From contig JAGIQG010000020.1 of assembly GCA_024679065.1 (NCBI GenBank), positions 8,990,001 to 9,054,000 on the forward strand: a DNA stretch of 64,000 bases, read 5' to 3'. The notes beneath the pieces were generated by a model that was not told where the DNA came from, searched no databases, and saw only the letters and a program-made list of their open reading frames with translations. This DNA comes from Sphyrna mokarran. Taxonomy: Eukaryota. The translations under genes were made by a program, and so were the position numbers. Positions 54,049-64,000 of the stretch are shown here, piece after piece (positions within the stretch are counted from its first letter, which is position 1; each line of letters begins with the position of its first letter).

Positions 54049-57000
54049 CTGGAAGTAAAACAGAAAATTACATTTCAAAATATCTTATTATAATAAAACT
54101 GCCATCAATACATGCAGATCATACACTCAGTATGATATTGTGAATTACAGCAGCAATATTCTTGAATTATTTTGTTTTCAATGTGTGCTAATATAGTGAG
54201 TTAATTAGACCATTAGATTATAATTTGCAAGCAACATTTCATTAAAAAGTTTTCCAATTAGACATTGTAGAAAAACACTTTACCTCCACCCACTACTACC
54301 ACCTATTCTCATTCCCACTATGGTTATATAATAAATTATTCCACAACATTTTTTGAGTAAAATTTTTAGGAAACAGAATTTTTTTCACAATATTGCTTAA
54401 GATTACAAACGGTATACTGATACAGAGGAAATTAACTGAATACGATAACATACATCACTTTTTAGGCAAACTCTGCTCACAAGTATTAAAGTGCCAACAG
54501 ATAAAAATGAGTCATTTTTGCACAAGTATGTATCTGGATTTGAAAAATTCAATATAACCATTACAGAAATACAACCACAGTTAAAAATGCTCAAAGTTTA
54601 GACTGAGCCCAGGCTCAAAAGAAAACTGGGAATTTAGGAACAGAAATTGTCCAATATGTTCCCTCTGAAGTTTTTTTAAAATTTAAGTTTCCTTATTAAT
54701 GTGACAAGTAGACATACATTAACATTGCGCCCATTCAGAGTCATTGAGGGACTATTTAGCATGGCCAATGTATCTAATCAGCAACCTGTGCAATTGGATA
54801 AGCTGTTTACAGTTCTCTCACTGACCCCTGTTATTTCAGTTTCCATATACTAGTTTTTCAGACATTTCACCTCATTAAAATGCCTATATAAATGCAAGGT
54901 CATATAGTCTAAGAAGTATCTGAAAGGAATAGTAGTGAAGATGTGGAGAGCTTTAGAGAGGAAATTCCAGAGGATATAAATTAGGAAACTGAACACACGG
55001 CTGAATGAGTTTACAGAGATAGAATAGGACAAGGAGAATTATAATTGCTCACTGGATGTACAAATGCAGACACAATGGGCCCAATGACCTCTTTCTGCAC
55101 AGTAACACTTCTATCAGTTTGAGGGCAGGTAGGGATTTGAAAACAGGAAAGAGAATATTAAAATTAGCTCCTGTATTATAGAAAATCTCAATGAAGGTCA
55201 ACAAATATATGGGGAACATGATTTGATGACAGTTAGGATATGGATAGTGGGGTTTTGGATGAATTTGTCTATTGAGAGCGCAAGATAGAAGATCAGCACT
55301 TGAATAGTTGAGTTTAGAGATTACAAAACCAGCAACAGTTGAGCTAAGGCAGGGATTGAGCCATGCAATGTTACAGCCTATGTTAAGAACAACTACAGAG
55401 GAAACATTTATCAGTGAGAAGTTGTGAAGGTTTGGCAATTCATTGTGGGTAGAATACTATGTATTACTCCGATCAAGAAACAATATTGAGAGTAACCAAG
55501 GTTGAAGAATAAAGTTAGTGGAGGATATAGTGTAGTTTGGAATGCTATGGAGGCAGCTGGGATGACGAAATAAAAAGATCAGATTGTTTTTGTGGGTTGT
55601 CAAAGACAGATTGTGCCTGGTTGAGTTTTTTGAAGATGTGATTAAACACATTGACGAAGAAAGAGCGGTAGATGTGGCATATATAGATTTCAGAAAGACA
55701 TTCGATAAGGTCTCCCATATAAGGTTTATTGAGAAAATGAGGGGGCATGGGATCCAAGAGGGCATTGCTTTGTGCATCCAGAACTGGCTTGCCCGCAGAA
55801 GGCAAAGAGTGGTTATAGATGGGTCTTTTTCTGCATAGAGGTCGGTCACCAGTGGAGTGTCCCAGGGATCTGTTCTGGGACCGTGGCTGTTCGTGAATTT
55901 TTCATAAATGACCTAGATGAGGAAGTGGAGGGATGGGTGATAAGTTGCCGATGACATGAAGGTTGGAGGTGTTGTGGGTATTTTGGAGAGGTGTCGTGGA
56001 TATTTTGGAGAGGTGTCAGAAGTCGCAGCAAGGCATAGATAGGATGCAAGACTGGGCGGAGAAGTGGCAGATGGACTTCAACCTGGGTAAGTGTGTGGTA
56101 GTTCATTTTGGCAGGTCAAATGGGATGAAGGAATATAATATTAAGGGTAAGACTTTTAGCAGTGTGGAAGATCAGAAGGATCTTGGGGTCCAAGTTCATA
56201 GGACTCTCAAATCGGCTTCGCAGGTAAAGGATGTGATTAAGAAAGCGTATGGTGCACTGGCCTTCATTAATCGAGGAACTGAGTTTAGGAGTCGGGAGAT
56301 AATGCTGCAGCTGTATAAGATCCTGGTCAAACCCCACTTGGAGTACTATGCTCAGTCTGGTCACCTCATTAAAGGAAGAATGTAGAAGCCATTGAAAGGG
56401 TGCAGAGGAGATTTACAGGGACATTGCCTGGATTGGGTGGCATGCCTTATGAGGATAGGTTGAGAGAGCTCAATCTTTTCTCTTTGGAGAGATGAAGGAT
56501 GAGAGGTGACCTGATAGAAGTGTACAAGATGTTGAGAGGTATTGTTCAGATGGATTCTCAAAGGCTTTTTCCCACAGCTGAAATGGCTGCAATAAGAGGA
56601 CACAGGTTTAGGGTGTTGGGGAGTAAGTACAGAGGAGGTGCCAGGGGTAAGTTTTTCACTCAGAGGGTGATGAATGAGTGGAATCGGCTGCCATTGGTGG
56701 TGGTGGAAGCAAACTAGCTGGGGTCTTTTAAAAGACTTCTGGATGAGTACATAGGATTGAGGGTTATAGATAGGCCTGGTAGGTAGGGATATGATCGGTG
56801 CAACTTGTGGGCCGAAGAGCCTGTTTGTGCTGTAGTGTTCTATGTTTTAAGTTGTTAGTTATTGGTGGAATTAAGAGTACATCCTGTCAACTAAGAGATA
56901 TTTTAAACAATTTATTCTTCCTTACTTTTATTTATTAGTGCCATAAGTAGGCCTACATTAACATCGTAATGAAGTTATTTTTGAACAGGATCTAGGTGAG

Positions 57001-60000
57001 GAACTGGAGGAATATTTTACTTTCAAAGTATATTTTTTGTTCTTAAAAGGCAACATCTACTTTTAATAACTTATGTGAAATGGTAATTAAATAAATACAA
57101 CTGAAGAATTTCTGACATGTGGGAACTACGAGTATCACCACAATATTCCTAGATCATCAGGAATATTAATTGAACTGCTCCTCAGTGCTCCTCCAATTGA
57201 AACAGGACTTTGGAAACTATACAACAATGCAATTTCCTTTTAATGATCACATTTGCAGTGCCCATGCAGATATTTGCTCACTTGCTCAAACAATGAGAGA
57301 CACAGTACAGGAAAGAGATAGAGAATCTGGTGAAGTGGTGCAATGACAATAACCTTTCCCTCAGTTTCAACAAAATGAAGGAAACAGTCAACTAATTCAA
57401 GAAGCGTAGTGGAGGGCATGCCGCTGTCTATATTAGTTGAGAGCCAACGGAGATAAAGTAATGGTTGAGAGCTTCAAGTTTTTTGGTGTCTTGATTATCA
57501 ACGTGTCCTGCTACCTCTATGTGCACGCTGTTGTTAAGAAAACCCACCAACACCTCTACTTTCTCAGGAGTCTAAGGAAATTTGGTGTATCTGCTATAAC
57601 TCTCTCCAACTTCTACAGATGCACATAGAAGGCATTTTTTCCTGTTGTATCACAGCTTGGTACAACTCCTGCTCTATCCAAGACCGCAAGGAACTACAAA
57701 GGGTTGTGAACAAAGTCCAATTCATCACTCAAACCCATCCACAGGCTCTCAACCACTTATGCTGTTTACACTTCCCATTGCCTTGGAAAAGCAGCCAGCA
57801 TAACCAAAGACTCCGTGGACATACTCTCTTCCACCTTCTTCAATCAGGAAAAAAACATACAAAAGTCTGAGGTCATGTACTAACCGACTCAACAACAGCT
57901 TCTTCCCTGCTGCCATCAGACTTTTGAATGAACCTACCTCTCATTAAGTTGATTCTTCTCTCACCCTAGTTATGACCATAACACTACATTCTGCATTCTC
58001 TCTTTTCCTTCCCTATGTACAATATGCTTTGTCTGTATAGCGTGCAAGAAGCAATATTTGTTTACTGTATAAATATATGTGACAATAATAAATCAAATCA
58101 AACTTGCCAAATCCCATCTATGTTAGATATATTTTCTATCATGTACTAATGCTTTGTGCTGCAATCTCCCACTGAATGCAGCAGATTAACATTGTTGTTA
58201 TGGTTGGTGCTTTGAACCATAAATATCTTGTTAATCAGTTGTCCTATCTTCCTAATTATTTTAATTCTTCTCTGGTTACATTTACTTATAGGCAAAAAGC
58301 AGCAGTCAGAATGTAGCACTATCCAACACCTAACTGTACATTAAAGAGCTGACCATTGCATTAACAGTGTTATTTCAACATCCTATGTCAATTATAATAT
58401 AAAGTAGCAACTAGCATTAATCAGCCTTATTCAGCTACTGCCCACAATTACATTTTGTTGCAGTTCAAATGTTGACATGTACTTAAGTTATTTGCCAGAT
58501 CCAATAGAACCTCGTGCCTTAATGGTGCACCAGTAACATTAATTGTAAAATTATACTTATTTTCCATTTATGTTTTTATTTAACATGATACACTATATTG
58601 TATTTCATTCAAAAGTAACATGTCTAATGTACAACATCCATTCATGAGAGATCCCATAGCCCACCACCCAGCTTCAACCTTTCATGTCAGCACTGGACTC
58701 CTCAACTGTTCCCGCACTGGCAAAGGCTTTTGTGCAGCAAAATGGTACAAATGGGGTCTTGCAGGGAACTCAGCCTGCAGCTGTAGTGCACCCTAATCAA
58801 TCTCTCACATCACTGAAGATTGCCTCTTGACAAAATTCAACAGAAAGCTCCACTTAGACTCTACAGAAGCTATTGCCTGGCATGGCGATTACTGCATCAC
58901 ACAATTTCAATAATGAAGAATAGATATTCTGCTATACATTCAAGATCTTTGTATTTTCTTACCCGGCAGACAAAGCACTCTGGGTGCCACAGTGAATTTA
59001 GGGCAGAGATGTAGTTTTCCAGAATAGCCCGTGCACAGCCACCGCATTTTGGGGCAAACATATCAAAATAATCTTTACGACAATAGGCCTTCCCATCCTT
59101 TTCATGGAATCCTGCAAATGAACAACAAGTGATGTCAAAGCAAAAGGATTTGAGATAATTCACATTATAACCCAGTAAAAACTTCAGCGATATTGCCACT
59201 GTTCTTTAAGTAAAATAAATTAAACCCACAATGTAAAAGGTTTTACATAATGCAGGTAGGTGTCTTATTAAAATTACATAATGAACGAAGACTAATGAAA
59301 AGGCCTGTTCAGAACTCCCAAACCCAAATGCAGTGTTATGAGAATGTGATACATAATTAGTGTTCTGGTGCAGCTCCAATAGATAAATATCATTAGTTAA
59401 TACTAAAAGAAGTGACTTAAACTTAAGGATAATGCCACTACCACTCCCCAAGATAAACGTAACACTCTATGATTATTTGATTATTTGATTCCAAATTCTG
59501 GCAAATTCTGCAGAGGTAACAGCATTCGTGTATAGCAGTTTGATATCCTTCCTCTATCATCAGCATTCCCAAGATTTTGGTAGCTTACAAAATCAGTTTC
59601 CAATGCTTTGATTGAAAAATCAACTTCTGTGGTCTATCTATACAGTAGCTTATAGCAAAATCCATGCACATGGGCTTGCAGATGTTCAACACAATAATCA
59701 ACCTCAACATCAATCAAAAATTCCAAATCAAGGAAACCCTTGGTGGTAGCTGGTCATTCTATATGCCTGGATTTACTTTGAAAATTCATAATTGACCAGA
59801 TTAAATGTCACACTATGGAATAAAACATTGCCATTTCATAGAGAAAACTGCATAGAATATCTTGGGAGCATTTGGTTGACATTGTGCCAATGGATTCAAA
59901 TAGAAGCTCACAAAATATAGGCTTACTACATTTCCTTGCATTTCCATGGCGCAGAAGCTTGAATTTTTAAAAAACAAGTGTGTCAGATAGCCAGCATTTT

Positions 60001-62436
60001 TTTCACATCTGCTGGCAGTATAAAGGTTAAATGTGATTAGTAACCCTATCCCTATTTTCAATTTGGTGAAATATAGCCTGCTATGTGGCCTGGCCAAACA
60101 CGGCATTGAAATAATGTAAGTTTACTGATTTTAGAATACATGGTATGTTAGCAATTACATTGTACAATACTAACACACAGAATCTGTAATGACCAAACTA
60201 CATGAGACAAAGTATACTAGAGAGAGCATTGTACCATCTGGTCCAAAGAAGGCTCCACACTGGGCACAGAAGAAGTGCTCAGGATGCCAAGTTTTATCCA
60301 GTGCTGTCACTACTTTCTGTAATGTAGAAAACAGAGGAGGCATTAGTATGGCAAAGCAAAACGCATCCACCTTATTCCTTATACTATTTAGCCAAACACA
60401 AGCGAACCAGATAAAGGTCCACTGTACTGCTCTCATTTCTCATAACAAGTAAAACCAAGGCTCCAATATACTGTCACCCTTCTAACAGCTAGGTCTGACA
60501 CTACTTCATGCTACACTCAATGAAATAAATCCATTTGTAAAAGCAAACCAATTTAACTTTGGTACAGTAAAGTCCTGCTATTCGTGACTTGCTCTTTAGT
60601 GAATTCACTTAAACCAGGTAAAAGTCTTTGTAGTCTACATTGCCCACTGCAGACACACATGTTCACTTATCCATGGTTTGAAAAATAATTAACAGAAGCC
60701 AACTTTAGCAAATGCTGGAAAGTAAAACCTAAATGAAGTTCGGAAAGTATGTCCATGACATATTTCTTTTATTAGAAAATATGTGAGTCATCAGCCTTGT
60801 TGCTTCCATCTAATTTCTGATCACAGTTCACTTCCACTCTCAAATGCAATACTATGAGTGTGACAGATATCATAATTTTCTTTTTTTTCAACTATTTGTC
60901 CAGTAAATTTATCTCTAAATTAATGAAAAACATAGCTTTTATTGCCTTTATGAATGTCAAATTTGGCTGCAACCTACCTAATTGACTCTCACTATAGAGT
61001 ATGTTCGCTGTTCACCATTTTGCTATTTGTAAGGTTTTGCGGGAATTTAACTTTTGTGAACAGCAGGACTTCACTATGCTATTCCCAGAAAATACAGGAA
61101 TGGCTGTTAGCTCCAAGTGCACTGTACTTATTCATATTTGTCACTTGCAGATGAAGTACCCAGTATCCTCACTTTTCAACCCCCTCACAAGAGTAACCAT
61201 TTCATTTTAAATAAATTTGAGATACTTACATCCAGAATGGGTCCATTGCAGTAGTAACAGCGGGGAGAGAATAGGTTGTGATAGTCTTTCTCACAGTATG
61301 GCTGCCCATCTCGTTCAAAGAAATTCCGAGAACCAATCTCCTCTTGGCAATGGATACAAACGAAGTGCTCTGGGTGCCAGGTACGACCCATTGCAGTGAC
61401 AACCTGACAGAAAAGAAACATTTTTAAATTGCTTCATAAATGTAGAAGGCAGCAAATAATTCTACCTGCTCAATCACATCTAGGTAATATCCTTTTATAA
61501 TTATATAATAAGCAAATTCATTAATGAAATTTGCACAACTCTTGACATACTTATGTGGTCTTTATTTGTTCAGATGCTGCATCTCTGCAGAGGATAATAA
61601 TGCATGTTTTTGGAGTGCAATATAGCCTCCTCTGGTGAAAGGAAAACATCAATATGTTGAGGAAGCGTGCTGACACAGTATGTAGCATTGCTACCTTACA
61701 GTGCCAGGGACCAGGGCTCAATTCTGGCCTCAGGTCACTGTCTGCTGGAGTTTGCACATTGCCCCAATATCTGCGTAGGTTTCCTTTCACAGTCCAAAGT
61801 TATGTAGGTTAGGTTGATTGGTCATGCTAAATTGACCCTGGTATCAGAAGATTATCAGGGTAAATATGTGCAGTTATGGGAATAGCGCCTGGGTGGGATT
61901 ATAGTTAGCACAGACTTGATGGGCCAAATGGCCTCCGTCTGCACTGTTGGAATTTTACAATAATAACTTGATTTATCTCTTTATACATGCTGATTGATTT
62001 GTATATTCCCAGAATCTTGTATTATTATCAAACAGTTGTGTTAAACAGGCTGTCATGGATACACACAGCAGTAGTATTTCATTCCCTTGCCTCATTGTGT
62101 TTCACTGCAGAGATCAGATACAAATTTGAGCAGCATGCTAATAAATGCAGCAAGAATGGACTCAAATTGCAAGCTTACTCAGTAAGCTTCTCAGAGATTG
62201 CTTCTATTGACTTTTGCAAACTGTTGAGACACTTCATATACTGAGAAAGTTCTTCTCACCTGTCCAGCAATAGGCTTCTTGCATGCAGCACACACTCCTT
62301 TTGCAACAGTCGCAACCCCCAGCTTATTCAGTCCAACATGAAGTTCATCTAGCATGTTATCCAGCTGGCTTCCAGCTTTTTGAGGACCTGCAACAGCGGA
62401 GGAGCCACCATGCTTTCCTTTAGACCCTGACATCAT
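53782..62436 (-). CDS. PXN: Paxillin, 3' part (LD5 + LIM1-4). Exons 62436-62260, 61403-61230, 60316-60235, 59111-58963, 54048-53782; 5' exons lie beyond the window
   Basis: [24 protein letters not shown] / [16 protein letters not shown]... / ...[18 protein letters not shown]; GT-AG junctions in frame; adjacent to RPLP0 as in other vertebrates. Confidence 0.96.
55585..56850 (+). mobile_element. CR1 LINE fragment in the last PXN intron (same subfamily as 7490-8587)
   Basis: Frameshifted RT ORFs 55584-56717 with CR1 tail. Confidence 0.9.
57288..58102 (+). mobile_element. Rex1/Babar LINE 3' fragment
   Basis: [17 protein letters not shown]...NFYRCT, CITAWY...[10 protein letters not shown]; tail AATAAATCAAATCAAA. 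Confidence 0.85.
58650..58900 (+). mobile_element. Vingi/Ingi-like LINE 3' end remnant
   Basis: [28 protein letters not shown]...SACSC...SHITEDC (CCHC knuckle)...EAIAW. Confidence 0.6.
58963..59111 (-). CDS. PXN: PXN exon (LIM2-LIM3)
   Basis: [50 protein letters not shown]. Confidence 0.96.
60235..60316 (-). CDS. PXN: PXN exon (LIM2)
   Basis: [27 protein letters not shown]. Confidence 0.95.
61230..61403 (-). CDS. PXN: PXN exon (LIM1-LIM2)
   Basis: [58 protein letters not shown]. Confidence 0.96.
61670..61950 (+). mobile_element. V-SINE in PXN intron
   Basis: Head, V core, tail. Confidence 0.75.
62260..62436 (-). CDS. PXN: PXN exon (LD5 + start of LIM1)
   Basis: [59 protein letters not shown]; cacag acceptor, GTGAG donor. 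Confidence 0.93.
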
Positions 62437-63015
62437 CTGTGAACAGAAGGAGGGAGGAAAAAAATTATGTTAAATACTCACTGGGTTTCAGCACTGCTAT
62501 CCTGTTGAATTATAGATGATTTTGAGGTGTGTTAATTCACTGATGTAGTTTTAATCATTTTTGGTCCAACTTTAGATACAAGTTATTCTCCAAAAGGCTG
62601 CCTAGGTCACAAACTATGCTTAATGTAACTTTTCTTTTGGTGATATCTTCCAGATAGAACCTACCTAATTCACACAGGAGTAATCTTTAGTTCTTTTGAC
62701 AAGAATAGCACTCACACTTTTATGACATACATAGACTTGCAAATATCTGTCTGTTAATTTATTACTAGACACTATGGGTGGGATTCCTGCTGTGGCATAC
62801 ACCACGAGGAGCAGGCTCACTTAATCATGGTAGTGGCCAGCAGCAAACAAAAAGCTTCCCCAATTAAGGTGAACTGGCTAATGGCAGGTTCCTGGTCAGT
62901 GGTGGTGGAATGACTATTAGGTGAGAGGCACTGTGTCCCAACTGGTCTTGCTTCCAACGCATGAGCACACGCATGCACACCCCCTTCCCTCCAGCAGCTG
63001 TCATTGTTCCCACTG

Positions 63016-63269
63016 TAGTCATGATGTAAAGATGCCGGCGTTGGATTGGGGTGGTAAGAACTCAGTAAGAATTTAGCAACACCAATTATTAGTCCAACCG
63101 ATTTATTTGATAGTAAATCCGCGAGCTTTCAACACTCTTGTATCTTCCTCAGGCAAGTGCAGTGTTCACTGCACTTGCCTGAGGAAGACACAAGAGTGTT
63201 GAAAGCTCGCGGATTTACTATCAAATAAATCGGTTGGACTAATAATTGGTGTTGCTAAATTCTTACTGA
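63016..63269. mobile_element. Penelope-like inverted terminal-repeat insertion with 13-bp TSD
   Basis: Arms 63062-63164 and 63167-63269 (1 mismatch); ATTGTTCCCACTG at 63003-63015 and 63270-63282. Confidence 0.85.
63174..63213 (+). ncRNA. Minimal type I hammerhead ribozyme motif (mirror copy on - at about 63118-63157)
   Basis: TTGC-CTGAGGA-A-GACAC(AAGA)GTGTT-GAAA-GC-TC-GCGG: CUGANGA, stem II, GAAA, palindromic AGCT stem III, UC cleavage site. Confidence 0.75.
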
Positions 63270-64000
63270 ATTGTTCCCACTGGCAGTGATAGCAATGAGG
63301 CACTGCTGGCCTCCTGATCGGTCAGCAGCTGTGTGTGTAGGACTTCATCTGCTGAGGATTCAAATTCATATAAGGTCTAACAGTAGCCATTCAAGAGCTC
63401 GAAGAGCACTTAGTAACATCTGTCTTTCTAGGGGTTCCACTTAGTTCACTAAGAGGTGGGTAAGACTCCTAAATTCAGCTCTATATTTGACATGCCAAAA
63501 TTGTTAAAAGATTTATTTCTGTGGTTTACATACACAAATAGGAATGATGTCTTTATTGCAAGATTTATGCAATACCTCCACACATCACAAAATTATGCAG
63601 CAGGGATATTTAACATTGTTAACTGCCTTTGTAGGTGCATGAAGCATGCAGTCAGATGCTAAATAGAGGATTGGTGGACCATACTGTTTTGATCAATAAA
63701 CACTATCAATAAGTACTGACTGCTAATTAAAGCCTTCTTGAGTTAACATGAATCAAAGTAAAATTACTTGACTGGTGGATCTGAATTTTACTGACCAACC
63801 CGCAGCTTTAATTGATTAGCGATGGGCCTGTTGGTGCATAGGGTGAGGAAGGACAATTTGATAAGTGTTTTGTATTACATTCTTACTTTACATGAAACAA
63901 AGTCTACACGTTTTAGATAACAGAATTTTTCACTGTTAAAAGAAATCAATTAACATGATTAAAATTAAATTATAAAAGAGTTACAAATTAAAAATTCAGA

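Overview
Eukaryotic (vertebrate) genomic DNA, very probably a cartilaginous fish (shark). That assignment is inferred from the repeat content: tRNA-derived V-SINEs of the HE1 type, abundant CR1 LINEs, Rex1/Babar, L2, Vingi, Tx1-like and Penelope-like remnants. Three genes can be assembled. (1) On +, a five-exon single Ig-V type I membrane receptor (about 1784-9413, 279 aa) with an uncharged TM and three cytoplasmic ITSM/ITIM-like tyrosine motifs; it appears to carry a decayed second Ig exon in the V-TM intron. (2) On -, a complete RPLP0 (8 exons, 313 aa) with a 5'TOP exon and a phased array of eight CCAAT boxes. (3) On -, the last five coding exons and 3'UTR of paxillin (PXN). Most remaining ORFs are retroelement fragments. 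The most interesting non-genic signals are (a) a CR1 subfamily whose 3'UTR carries a positionally conserved splice acceptor, a covarying RNA hairpin module and a V-SINE core, and (b) Penelope-like terminal repeats with minimal hammerhead ribozyme cores, including a TSD-flanked 208-bp near-perfect palindrome in a PXN intron. All family names come from motif recognition; no database searches were run.
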